Assembly: GCA_963854795.1 (NCBI GenBank)
Contig: CAWLAJ010000001.1
Span: 1 to 55,819, forward strand
DNA length: 55,819 nucleotides
Reading direction: 5' to 3'
Source of the DNA: Deltaproteobacteria bacterium UBA4427
Lineage (GTDB): Bacteria > Myxococcota_A > UBA9160 > UBA4427
Under the pieces are notes generated by a model, which saw only the letters and a list, made by a program, of their open reading frames with translations, made no database searches and was not told where the DNA came from. This document shows positions 32,997-42,141 of the stretch, piece after piece; within the stretch, counting starts at the first letter, position 1; every line of letters begins with the position of its first letter. The position numbers were made by a program, and so were the translations under genes.

Positions 32997-33845
32997 ATGG
33001 CTGATTTGACACGCTCTCCTCAACTCTTCGTTCCTCACCACAAGCCTCCGGAGAGCCCGGGCGAAAGCCCCATCCTTTTCGCATTTCGTGGGCGTGAGCT
33101 GCTCGTGACGAGCGAATTGCAGCTGCCGAAAGTCGAGGAAATCGACGCACAGGGCATCGAGGCCGTCCGCACCCAGTACCTCGGCGATCTCGGTGGCCGA
33201 CATTGCTACTCCGCCGAATTACCCAAGGACGCGGCGGTCTCAGCCGGATTCCGCTTCGCGGATCTGCGCACCCTCTTCGGATCCCTCGACGAGATCGTGC
33301 ATGCCCTCGCTGGGCGCGCCGTGCAGATCGTCGAATGGGACCGCACACATCAATTTTGCGGAGCTTGTTCAGAACCGACGGAACTCTCCGACAACGATCG
33401 CTCGCGAAGTTGCCCGAAATGCAAGATCCCGAACTATCCAAGGCTGGCACCCGCCATGATCGTCGCGGTCGAAAAGGGCAATCAGATTCTGCTCGCCCGC
33501 TCTCCCCATTTTCCGCCCGGCATCCTGAGCGTGCTGGCCGGCTTCGTCGAACCGGGAGAGAGCGCGGAGGAAGCTGTCGTTCGCGAGGTCTTCGAAGAGA
33601 CTTCGATCATCGTGAAGGACGTACAGTACTTCTCGAGTCAGGCCTGGCCCTTTCCGAATTCGCTGATGCTCGGCTTCCGCGCGACCTACGACTCCGGCGA
33701 GATCGTGATCGACGGCGAGGAAATCGTGGAAGCAGGTTGGTTCGCCGCCGACGCGATGCCGACCGCGTTTCCCGGAAAGGTCAGCATTTCGCAGTGGCTG
33801 ATCCACGATTTCTTGTCGAGAAACGGTCAGGCCGATTCGGCCTGA
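32997..33845 (+). CDS. nudC: NAD(+) diphosphatase / NADH pyrophosphatase (Nudix, zinc ribbon)
   Basis: Zinc ribbon CGACSEPT...CPKC. Nudix box GFVEPGESAEEAVVREVFEETSI followed by SQAWPFPNSLM. Confidence 0.85.
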   Translation: MADLTRSPQLFVPHHKPPESPGESPILFAFRGRELLVTSELQLPKVEEIDAQGIEAVRTQYLGDLGGRHCYSAELPKDAAVSAGFRFADLRTLFGSLDEIVHALAGRAVQIVEWDRTHQFCGACSEPTELSDNDRSRSCPKCKIPNYPRLAPAMIVAVEKGNQILLARSPHFPPGILSVLAGFVEPGESAEEAVVREVFEETSIIVKDVQYFSSQAWPFPNSLMLGFRATYDSGEIVIDGEEIVEAGWFAADAMPTAFPGKVSISQWLIHDFLSRNGQADSA

Positions 33846-33864
33846 TTCCATCGTCGTTCTGGTT

Positions 33865-34035
33865 CTAGCGCACCCATGAGGGTCGATTGCGAATGCTGCG
33901 CTTGCGCCAGATGGATGGCAACGTCTTCAGCATATCGGGCGTCACCGCGATATCGGGATGAGAATCCAACATCCAGCGAAGAAGACTCGTGCCGGAGCGG
34001 GGACTGCCGACGATGAAGAAGAATGACGGCGTCAC
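33865..34035 (-). pseudogene. sulfotransferase N-terminal remnant (56 codons)
   Basis: Below the track length cutoff. The GTG at 34035 gives VTPSFFFIVGSPRSGTSLLRWMLDSHPDIAVTPD..., which is the 5'-PSB PAPS-binding loop of sulfotransferases. It terminates after 56 codons, only 20 nt from the convergent nudC stop. Confidence 0.45.
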
Positions 34036-34057
34036 GCTGTCGAATCGTCGGTCCCGG

Positions 34058-35191
34058 TCAAGCCGCGGTCGCTGTCGCTGACTCGGCGATCAGTTTGCCG
34101 AGCCGTCGCAGGTGATGGGTCGAACCGCCGAGTACCAATTCGAGATGCCGGGCGTAGACGTAGTAGCGATGCACCGGATATTCGCGATCGACGCCGATGC
34201 CACCGTGAATATGCTGCGCCGAGAAAGTCACGCGGTAGCCGGCCTCGCTGGCAAAGTGTTTCGCGATCGCCAGCTCTTCCCTTGCGTCCCGGCCGACCGA
34301 GATCATCCACGCGACTTCGAGCGCGCTCAAACGAATCGATTGCGTGTCGACGTAGGCGTCTGCCTCGCGATGGGACACGGCCTGGAACATGGCGATCGGC
34401 TGGTCGAATTGCTTTCGGGTCTTGGAGTATTCCGCCGTCAGATCGAGCGCGGCTTCACAGACGCCGAGGGCCAGATTGCAGAGGGCGGCGTTGGCGCGAA
34501 GATCGATGAACTCGATGATTTCGCCACCCTGCCCGACCGAACCGACTAGCGCTCCGGAATCTACGACGACGCCCTCGAGCTTCATCATCGACTCCGGCAT
34601 GCGACTCGTCGTGGACAGAGATTCGAGTGTCACGCCAGAGGCTTCTCGATCGACGACGAAGATCGCCAGACCTTCCGCCGTGGTCGCCGAGACGAGAATC
34701 TGGTCAGCGATCTCAGCGGCCGGCACGAAGGCTTTCGCCCCGTCGAGCTTCCATCCATCCCCTTCGCGACTCGCCCGGGTCGACGGTTTCGCGATCGACG
34801 ATTCCGCCTCGACCAGAGCCGCGGTCAGGATTCGCTGCCCGGCTGCGACTTCGGGCAGGATCGCCTTCTTGAGCTTTTCGGACCCGAAGGCCTCGATCGC
34901 CATCGCGCCCAACACAACCGTCTCGAAGAAGGGAACGGGCGCCGTGGTCTTGCCGATCTGTTCCATCACGCCCGCGGCTTCGACGAATCCGCATCCACCT
35001 CCGTCGTAGGACTCCGGCACGGCCAGACCCACCAGGCCGGCTTCGCCCAGCTGGGCCCAGAGAGTCGGGTCGAAGCGCGGACCCTCTGCGTTTTCGATTT
35101 CGAGGAGCCGCGCCGCAGGCGCGCCCTCGCTCAGGATCTGACCGGCGAGATCGAAGATCGCCTGTTGTTCGTCGGTATAGGAAAAGTTCAT
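34058..35191 (-). CDS. acyl-CoA dehydrogenase family protein
   Basis: 377 aa with ACAD N/M/C domain organisation (MNFSYTDEQQAIFDLAG..., ...QHIHGGIGVDREYPVHRYY). Confidence 0.8.
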   Translation of the reverse strand: MNFSYTDEQQAIFDLAGQILSEGAPAARLLEIENAEGPRFDPTLWAQLGEAGLVGLAVPESYDGGGCGFVEAAGVMEQIGKTTAPVPFFETVVLGAMAIEAFGSEKLKKAILPEVAAGQRILTAALVEAESSIAKPSTRASREGDGWKLDGAKAFVPAAEIADQILVSATTAEGLAIFVVDREASGVTLESLSTTSRMPESMMKLEGVVVDSGALVGSVGQGGEIIEFIDLRANAALCNLALGVCEAALDLTAEYSKTRKQFDQPIAMFQAVSHREADAYVDTQSIRLSALEVAWMISVGRDAREELAIAKHFASEAGYRVTFSAQHIHGGIGVDREYPVHRYYVYARHLELVLGGSTHHLRRLGKLIAESATATAA

Positions 35192-35251
35192 TTCAATTTC
35201 TCCAGAATGGCTTGATCGGGCGGACTGCGCGAAGCGCGGCCGCCCGTCGCA

Positions 35252-36433
35252 TTACATGCGCGGAAGACGTGGAAGACCGAGCCCGAAGAGGCCGATCAAG
35301 TCGCGTTGGATTTCATTCGTCCCGCCACCGAAGGTCAGGATGAGCAGACTTCGATAGAGCGTTTCGACGATGCCGTTGGCGACCGCTTCGTCGCTTTCGG
35401 CCCGCAGATAGCCACGCTGTCCCATGACTTCCATCATGAGGCGGAATGCGTCGAGGAAGAACTCGGTTCCGTAGACCTTGATCGTCGACGCGTCGGCGGG
35501 ATTGACCTTCATCCCGGCACTACTCGCCCAGGCGATCTTCCAATTCATCAGCCGCAGCACATGAATTCCCGCTTTCACCTTCGCGAGATTCAACTGAACC
35601 CACTCGTGGTCGATGATTCGCATGCCGTCGCCGTCTTTGGTCTCCGCTGCCCATTGGACGACGGATTCGTAGGCGCCCTCGATCATCCCGGGCGCACACA
35701 ACGAGACCCGTTCATGATTCAGCTGACTCGTGATCAGGCGCCAGCCCTTGTTCAGCCCGCCGACCAGATTTGCCGCGGGAACGCGGACATCGTCGAAGAA
35801 CACAGCGTTGATGTCGTGGTCCGAGAGCAGTTCGAGCGGATCGATGCGTATGCCCGGTGTCTTCATATCGAGCAGGAACATCGAGAGTCCATCGTGTTTC
35901 GCTGCTTCCTGATCCGTTCGAACCGCCAACCAACAATAGTCGGCGTCGCTCGCGAGGCTCGTCCAGAGTTTCTGTCCGTTGATCAGGAAATCATCCCCAT
36001 CGGGATCGGCACGCGTCGTGAGCGATGCGAGATCAGTCCCAGCTCCGGCTTCGCTGTAGCCGATGCAGAAATGAATCTCGCCCGCCAGAATCTTTGGAAG
36101 GAAGAACTTCTTCTGTTCCTCGCTGCCATTGTGCATGATCGTCGGACCGACGGTGTTGATCGTCAGCATCGGAACCGGAGCGCGAGCGCGCATCGATTCG
36201 TCGAAGAAAACGAATTGCTCGATCGCCGAACGTCCCTGTCCGCCATATTCCTTTGGCCAACCGATCCCGAGCCATCCGTCCTTGCCCATCTGGCGCACGA
36301 CTTGACGCATCGTCGAGCCAACCCCGTGACCCTTTGCGAGCTCGACTCGAATTTCCGGAGTGAGCAATTCGTCATAGTAGGCGCGCAGCGTGCGCCTGAG
36401 TTCTTCCTGATCTTCGTCGTATCCGATATACAT
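35252..36433 (-). CDS. acyl-CoA dehydrogenase family protein
   Basis: Start at the ATG at 36433 (MYIGYDEDQEELRRTL...). Motifs include IGYSEAGAGTDLASL, INGQKLWTS and TFGGGTNEIQRDLIG. The track N-terminal extension is not protein-like. Confidence 0.8.
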   Translation of the reverse strand: MYIGYDEDQEELRRTLRAYYDELLTPEIRVELAKGHGVGSTMRQVVRQMGKDGWLGIGWPKEYGGQGRSAIEQFVFFDESMRARAPVPMLTINTVGPTIMHNGSEEQKKFFLPKILAGEIHFCIGYSEAGAGTDLASLTTRADPDGDDFLINGQKLWTSLASDADYCWLAVRTDQEAAKHDGLSMFLLDMKTPGIRIDPLELLSDHDINAVFFDDVRVPAANLVGGLNKGWRLITSQLNHERVSLCAPGMIEGAYESVVQWAAETKDGDGMRIIDHEWVQLNLAKVKAGIHVLRLMNWKIAWASSAGMKVNPADASTIKVYGTEFFLDAFRLMMEVMGQRGYLRAESDEAVANGIVETLYRSLLILTFGGGTNEIQRDLIGLFGLGLPRLPRM

Positions 36434-36593
36434 GCTGATCCTCTTCCTGAAGCTTCTCCTCAGGATCACGAACGATCCGCGTCGGCGCCACCCACTGAAG
36501 CAGAAGCCATCGATCCTCAGCCCCGGCAAGCAGCCGCGACTTCGACAACGCGTTAGAGTGCGCCCGCACGCGCGCCCTGCGAGCAAGGAAGAG

Positions 36594-37274
36594 ATGAGCG
36601 AACAAGGACCCGATTTCGAGGCTTTACAGGGCGCGGTTGCGAGTGTCCGACACCTGACGGCCCATCTGCGAAAAACCCGTGCGCCGACAGAACTCCTCGA
36701 GAGCGTCGAACGAGAAGTCGCCGCGATGGGTGACCGCCTCGCGCCCTACGACTATGAAGGTCCCTACCAGCAGCGACGACTCGTCATGCAGGATCCAGAT
36801 CTCATCGGCGGCCAGCCTCGAGACACGGATCAGCCTGCCGAGTTCTTTCCGTACAGCCCGGTCATCGGGCCCCTCAACCCTGTCGCGCCACCTGTCTCCT
36901 TCGACTTCGATGGCGAGGAAATCCAGGCCGAGCATGTTTTCGACGCGCCCTACAACGGCCCGCCGACCGCCGTGCACGGTGGCGTGATCGCCCTGGTCTT
37001 CGACGAATTGCTAGGCACCCTCGGCGCGCTTCGAGATATCGGCGGCTTCACGGGAACGCTCGCGATTCGGTATCGATCGCTGACACCGATCGGCAAGACG
37101 ATTCGAATGCGTAGCTGGATCGACCGCCACGAAGGTCGGAAGTGTTTCATCAATGGAACGATGCATCACGGCGAGCGACTCTGCGCCGAAGCGGAGGGGA
37201 TCTTCATTCGCCCGAAGGTCTCGATGCTAGAACACGCGATGGCGAGTCAGGCCGAGGATTCTCCGAGCGATTAA
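36594..37274 (+). CDS. hotdog-fold thioesterase (PaaI/4HBT-like)
   Basis: The ATG at 36594 is preceded by AAGGAAG. The core reads GPPTAVHGGVIALVFDELLGTL...GTLAIRYRSLTPIG...ARIDRHEGRK-type hotdog. Confidence 0.6.
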   Translation: MSEQGPDFEALQGAVASVRHLTAHLRKTRAPTELLESVEREVAAMGDRLAPYDYEGPYQQRRLVMQDPDLIGGQPRDTDQPAEFFPYSPVIGPLNPVAPPVSFDFDGEEIQAEHVFDAPYNGPPTAVHGGVIALVFDELLGTLGALRDIGGFTGTLAIRYRSLTPIGKTIRMRSWIDRHEGRKCFINGTMHHGERLCAEAEGIFIRPKVSMLEHAMASQAEDSPSD

Positions 37275-37699
37275 TTGGCTCGCGATTCCAACCGGTAGAT
37301 CCAGATCGTTCTCTCCGGATCTCGATCTTCGGGCTTGATCGCGAATTTCGCTTCGAGAGCCGCACGCGCCGATGCAAATTCGGCATCACCGTCGACCTTC
37401 TTGGCCACGCGTTCGTAGACGAGGTCGCCCAGTCGAATACGAACGCGCGGGTCTTCCCGGACGTGGCTGACCCAACTTCGCTCGGAGGGTTCTTTGGGTC
37501 CCAGAATCATCGATGTTGGTACGAAGAGATCGGGTCCAACCGAAGCGAACCAGGTCGTGACCGAATGCCCCGAGCGCAAGCAGCCCATCGTGAGAGCATT
37601 CGCTGGGCGTTGGGTCTCTTCTGATCTGGCATTGAATATCCTCGTACGAATGTTGAGGTTCCGTCTGGTCTTGGCACATTGTGGCGCGTTTCTTTCCAT
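37271..37699 (-). CDS. small split-barrel protein, possibly deazaflavin (F420)-dependent nitroreductase family (DDN/DUF385-like)
   Basis: 142 aa. The pattern LTMGCLRSGHSVTTWF...WVSHVREDPRVRIRLGDLVYERVAKKV...TIWIYRLE resembles the LTTxGRxSG...W..N...P.V.V family pattern. The assignment is tentative. Confidence 0.4.
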   Translation of the reverse strand: MERNAPQCAKTRRNLNIRTRIFNARSEETQRPANALTMGCLRSGHSVTTWFASVGPDLFVPTSMILGPKEPSERSWVSHVREDPRVRIRLGDLVYERVAKKVDGDAEFASARAALEAKFAIKPEDRDPERTIWIYRLESRAN

Positions 37700-37758
37700 T
37701 CGGCGTGTACGCGCGTTAGGATTTGCTCAGTCTGGTACGAGGGATCAAGGAAGAGCCG

Positions 37759-38778
37759 ATGCGCGTGATGATGACCGGGGGGACCGGGTTTGCCGGCTCG
37801 CATACCGTTCGGCGCTACTTGGCGGCCGGTCATCAGGTTCGTCTACTCGTCCGAGACGCCGACAAGGTTCGTCGCATCTTCGACCCGCTCGAAATTGGCA
37901 TTCCGGAGGCCGACGTCATCGTCGGTGACATTACCGATGAAGACTCCGTCCAGCGGGCCATGCAGGGCTGCGACGCGGTCTATCACGGCGCCGCCCTCGT
38001 CGAAATGAAACGCTCGATGGCGAGTCAGGTCATGGAAACCAATCTACGCGGCGTCGAACTCGTCGTCGGCGGCGCCGCTCGCAAAGGCCTGCCCTCGATC
38101 GTCTACGTGTCGAGCATGTCGGTCTTCTTCGAGCCCGGTTGTCCCCCACTCCACCTCGACATGCCGATCGCTCCGGGAACGACCGCCTACGCCAGGAGCA
38201 AATCTCAGGGCGAACATGAAATTCGACGCATGCAAGCCGAAGGCGCGCCTATTCGCGTCTCCTATCCGACTGGCATCATCGGACCCGACGACCCCGGACT
38301 GAGCGATGCCAATCTCGCGGTCTACATCTTCTTGAAGCAAACAGGCGTCAATACTTCGAGTGGCTTCCAGATCGTGGACGTACGCGATCTCGCCAATCTA
38401 CATACCGTTCTGCTCGAGCGCCCAGAGGGTGCTTGTCGATATGCCGCCGCGGGTCCGATGCTTTCCTGGCCCGACACCTATCGCGTTCTCGACGAACTCA
38501 CAGGAAAGTGGACGCGGCGTTTTCCAATCCCGGGACCGCTCTTTCGGGGACTCGGCAGCATCGGCGACCTCATCAAGCCGATCTACGACTTCTCGTTTCC
38601 GCTGACACGAGATGGGATGGAATTCGCCACCCAATGGCCCGGCTGCAGCGGCGAGCGAACGACCCGTGAGCTCGGTGTCACTTTTCGCGAAGCGAAGCAG
38701 ACCTACCGCGACACGCTGCGATGGATGTACGAGGCCGGGCATCTGACTGCGCGGCACGTCGGTCGAATCGCCGACTAA
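37759..38778 (+). CDS. NAD-dependent epimerase/dehydratase family (extended SDR)
   Basis: The ATG at 37759 is preceded by AAGGAAGAG. MRVMMTGGTGFAGSH Rossmann motif and YARSK (Y-x3-K). Confidence 0.8.
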   Translation: MRVMMTGGTGFAGSHTVRRYLAAGHQVRLLVRDADKVRRIFDPLEIGIPEADVIVGDITDEDSVQRAMQGCDAVYHGAALVEMKRSMASQVMETNLRGVELVVGGAARKGLPSIVYVSSMSVFFEPGCPPLHLDMPIAPGTTAYARSKSQGEHEIRRMQAEGAPIRVSYPTGIIGPDDPGLSDANLAVYIFLKQTGVNTSSGFQIVDVRDLANLHTVLLERPEGACRYAAAGPMLSWPDTYRVLDELTGKWTRRFPIPGPLFRGLGSIGDLIKPIYDFSFPLTRDGMEFATQWPGCSGERTTRELGVTFREAKQTYRDTLRWMYEAGHLTARHVGRIAD

Positions 38779-38820
38779 CGATTTGAAAGAACGATTTGTC
38801 GAGTTCGGCGAGCGGAAGGA

Positions 38821-39612
38821 TCAGCTGCCCGGAAGTCGCTTCTTGAATTGACCTGCGATGTGGACCCAGTCGCCGTTCGCAAGTTTTTCGACGAAGACCG
38901 ATTGGCCAAAGTCCATCGAAAGTCCGGCGACGACGCGAACGTCGAGTGCGCCGAGTTGAACCGTCGCGTGGCGCAAGCACCCGCTATGCGCGACGAACAA
39001 CCGCATCAAATCACGGTCGTCCTCGGCTGGGATCGAATCCAGACTGGTGGCGACTCGCGCCGCGGTCCGCGCGCCCGCTTGCATCAAACTCTCGGCGCCC
39101 TGCACGGGCAGTCGGAACTCGGGCATTCGTCGCCAACCCTCGGGCAGGGGTCCCAGACGCGGATCGTTCGACAAAACTTCCCGAATGCGGTCGAAGGTCA
39201 TGTTTGCGCAACTGCCGAGACCACGTTCGACGAGCTCGTCGCGCGCGAAGACATGAAAGCGCTTGCCGGTTCGAGCCGCGAGAGCTTCAGCGATGAGATT
39301 CGCCGTTTCCCAGGCGCGCAACAGTTGAGACGCTTCGATGCGGGGATCGAGCTCCAGACCGAGCTCTTCGCAGCATTCGAGAATCGGATCGACGGCGTTC
39401 TTTGCTTGCTCGCGACCCTTCCCGGTCAGCGGGAAGAGGGAATGCGCACTGGCGGTGTCGTCGGGCCGATCGAAATGACCGTGCCGGACGAATCCGGCAA
39501 CCCGCCGACCGCCGGGGGTTCGTGATGCGCCTGCGGCCGGTGATGCGCCTGCGGCTGGTGAAGTGCCTGCGACCGGTGAAGTGCCGCCAGCCCCTAGAGA
39601 ATCATCTGCCAT
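38821..39612 (-). CDS. histidine phosphatase (phosphoglycerate mutase) family protein with N-terminal hexapeptide repeats
   Basis: RHG catalytic motif (FVRHGHFDRP) and a downstream His in VAHSGCLRH. The N-terminus reads GTSPVAGTSPAAGASPAAGAS. Confidence 0.7.
   Translation of the reverse strand: MADDSLGAGGTSPVAGTSPAAGASPAAGASRTPGGRRVAGFVRHGHFDRPDDTASAHSLFPLTGKGREQAKNAVDPILECCEELGLELDPRIEASQLLRAWETANLIAEALAARTGKRFHVFARDELVERGLGSCANMTFDRIREVLSNDPRLGPLPEGWRRMPEFRLPVQGAESLMQAGARTAARVATSLDSIPAEDDRDLMRLFVAHSGCLRHATVQLGALDVRVVAGLSMDFGQSVFVEKLANGDWVHIAGQFKKRLPGS
39522..39593. repeat. 4 x 18-nt imperfect tandem repeat inside the histidine phosphatase gene
   Basis: The four units are GTGATGCGCCTGCGGCCG, GTGATGCGCCTGCGGCTG, GTGAAGTGCCTGCGACCG and GTGAAGTGCCGCCAGCCC, read directly. 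Confidence 0.8.
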
Positions 39613-39723
39613 CGGGTTCTCCTGAAACCAACGATCTCATCGTCCGTTCAGACACCAAATGAAATGCATCCCGCGCGACAAAAGTATATACCCCAACATT
39701 GCCAGCGCGCTGCTGGTTCGAAC

Positions 39724-40302
39724 TCACTGCAGCCCCCTGTTGCACCACCAGATCGAAAACCGGCGCGCCCAGCGTTCTGCCCACATCATAGTTTTCACAT
39801 CGACTCGGACACCGTCGCGGTAGACCTCGACTCTGTCTCCCATCACACGCTGTTCGATGCCCTCGGGAAGGAGCACTCGAAAGGGGCGATCCGGGTTCAT
39901 GACATCGTCGATATCGCTCAGCCGGATTGGCATCTCATTTCGGTAGCGCTCGGCGATCGCACGAAGCGCAGGCGACGAGTCGAAGTCCTCGAGTCGGCGC
40001 ATGCGAATGCCCAGCCGAACGCCGATGCCGTTGGATTCGAGATCGACGATGCCGCCCGTTGCGTCGGGCCGTTCGTCATCCTCGAGACCACCCTGACGCC
40101 ATAGACATTGGTAGGCGCGACAAATTTCCGGTCGCCTGGGATAGATCCCGCAGCCCCGATCGCCAAGCTGATGACGGCAGTCCGCGCCAGCCGGCTTCTT
40201 CAATTCATCGACGCGCAGCACGCTGCAGCAAAGAGAACAGGTCCCGCAGGATCTTGTCGCCGCGCGAGCTTCGCGATCGCCATCTGAACCGAGCGTTGCC
40301 AT
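39724..40302 (-). CDS. YkgJ-family (UPF0153) cysteine-cluster protein
   Basis: CGTCSLCC...CRHQ...GCGIYPRRPEICRAYQC pattern. Confidence 0.65.
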   Translation of the reverse strand: MATLGSDGDREARAATRSCGTCSLCCSVLRVDELKKPAGADCRHQLGDRGCGIYPRRPEICRAYQCLWRQGGLEDDERPDATGGIVDLESNGIGVRLGIRMRRLEDFDSSPALRAIAERYRNEMPIRLSDIDDVMNPDRPFRVLLPEGIEQRVMGDRVEVYRDGVRVDVKTMMWAERWARRFSIWWCNRGLQ

Positions 40303-40338
40303 CTCGACTCGAGCCCTCTCAGACTTTCTCCGGTGGGG

Positions 40339-40839
40339 TCAAGCCTTGATCTCGCTGGCGCCGCCCGTCGTCCACATCGACGCCGTCAACTTGAGACTCG
40401 GTCGATCCGAGCGCGACTCCATCTGCTCGAAGACCCGCTCATAGCCCGTGTGTTCGATCAACCATTCGCCATCTCGCTTGACATATCGATCGTGGTAGAA
40501 GGCGGCGCCGGAAATCTGGATGTCGTGATCCGTGTCGATCACGATGTCCTCGAGGGCCCAGATTCCGGTCGCGGTCTTCGGCCCTGTGAGCGTGATCTCC
40601 GGATGGTGAACGCTATGTGAGGAATGAAAGGCGTCTCGGTCCATCCCCTTCTTCAACCATGCGATGATCGCGTCGCGACCCTCATAGTGGTAGTGGCCGG
40701 AGCTGTAGGAGCAAGTCGCTTCGGGAATGAAAGTCGTCGCCATTTCATCCCAGAGCTTCATATCGACGCAGCGCATATAGCGATATTTCAATTGCTTGAT
40801 CGCTTCGATCTCGAAGAATTCTGCCAGGTCCATGGCCAT
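40339..40839 (-). CDS. SnoaL-like / NTF2-family protein
   Basis: Start at the ATG at 40839 with AGGAAAGG upstream. IKQLKYRYMRCVDMKLWDEM... is typical of the SnoaL_4 family. Confidence 0.6.
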   Translation of the reverse strand: MAMDLAEFFEIEAIKQLKYRYMRCVDMKLWDEMATTFIPEATCSYSSGHYHYEGRDAIIAWLKKGMDRDAFHSSHSVHHPEITLTGPKTATGIWALEDIVIDTDHDIQISGAAFYHDRYVKRDGEWLIEHTGYERVFEQMESRSDRPSLKLTASMWTTGGASEIKA

Positions 40840-40995
40840 CCTTTCCTGGGATTCGGGAAATTGCGCTGGCCGGGCATGATCAGGCCGTCTCGTCGCCAGC
40901 GACCGCCCAGTAAAATCGACGCTAGCAGCCCTTGGGTCGAGTCGCGCAAGACCTCGCCCCTGTCCAACTCCGACAAGGCGCGGCATTCTCTCCAC

Positions 40996-42078
40996 GTGCC
41001 GATCGATCGCCCTCATCCGACCACGAACGCGCTCCTGAGCCTGGCCGCCATCGTCGTCATCATCGCTGGCCTGCGCGCAGCCAGCTCACTCTTCGTCCCC
41101 TTCCTGTTGGCCGGCTTCATCGGGCTGCTCTGCGCCCCCGCGCTCTTCTGGCTGCGCGATCGAGGTCTGCCGACACCGATTGCCCTGGTCGTCGTGCTGG
41201 TGGGGCTCTTGGGAATCGGCGCCGTCTTCGGCGGATTGATGAGCACGTCCATCAACGAATTCACCCGCTCCCTACCCGCGTATCAAGAACGTTTCGGATC
41301 GGTGATCGCCTCTCTGACGGCGACGCTCGGCGACTACGGTATCGACTTCGGCACGCAGGCCAGCGAGACGAATCCCTTCGATCCCAAAGCCGCTTTGGGC
41401 CTTGTCGGCAATCTCGCAGGCAACCTCGGTTCTTTGCTCAATAATGCCTTCCTGATTTTTCTGACCGTCTGCTTCATTCTGCTCGAGGCATCGAGCTTCC
41501 CGCTGAAGGTCCGCGAAGCTTTCGGCGACTCGCCGGAAATGGAAGCCCGCATGACCGAGATCGGCGAATCGATCCGCCGCTATCTCGGCATCAAGACGCT
41601 CACGAGCATTGCCACGGGTTTTCTCGCCTACGGCGGTTTGATGGTCCTCGGCGTGAAATTCGCACCGCTCTGGGGACTGATCGCATTCTTGTTGAATTTC
41701 GTTCCCACGGTCGGCTCGGTGATCGCCGCGATTCCCGCCGTCGCGCTGGCCCTGGTCGACAACAGCCCACAGACCGCAGCCCTCGTCACGCTCATTTATG
41801 TCGGGATCAACATCGCGATCGGAAATTTCCTCGAACCCCGCGTGATGGGGGATGGAATGGGTCTCTCGCCGCTGATCGTCGTGACCTCACTGATCTTCTG
41901 GGGATGGGTCCTCGGACCGGTAGGTATGGTCCTTGCGGTACCCCTGACCGTCATTCTTCGAATCATGCTCGGCAGCCAGCCATCGACCCAATGGGCCGCC
42001 GTTCTACTCGGGCCGGCGCTTCCGAAACTTCGACGCGTCGAGCCGGTCGAAGAAGAGGCGGAATCGAACGCGGCCTGA
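40996..42078 (+). CDS. AI-2E family transporter (PerM/UPF0118)
   Basis: Multi-pass membrane protein with FLLNFVPTVGSVIAAIPAV and GLSPLIVVTSLIFWGWVLGPVGMVLAVPLT signatures. The start is uncertain (GTG at 40996 chosen, with no nearby ATG). Confidence 0.75.
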   Translation: MPIDRPHPTTNALLSLAAIVVIIAGLRAASSLFVPFLLAGFIGLLCAPALFWLRDRGLPTPIALVVVLVGLLGIGAVFGGLMSTSINEFTRSLPAYQERFGSVIASLTATLGDYGIDFGTQASETNPFDPKAALGLVGNLAGNLGSLLNNAFLIFLTVCFILLEASSFPLKVREAFGDSPEMEARMTEIGESIRRYLGIKTLTSIATGFLAYGGLMVLGVKFAPLWGLIAFLLNFVPTVGSVIAAIPAVALALVDNSPQTAALVTLIYVGINIAIGNFLEPRVMGDGMGLSPLIVVTSLIFWGWVLGPVGMVLAVPLTVILRIMLGSQPSTQWAAVLLGPALPKLRRVEPVEEEAESNAA

Positions 42079-42141
42079 ATGTTAGTCGTTCGACGGCCTC
42101 GCTGAATCGAACTGGAATCGAATCGCTCTAGCCGGACCGGT

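Noticed and set aside
35306-36556. 416-aa plus-strand ORF
   Set aside because: It is antisense to the second acyl-CoA dehydrogenase.
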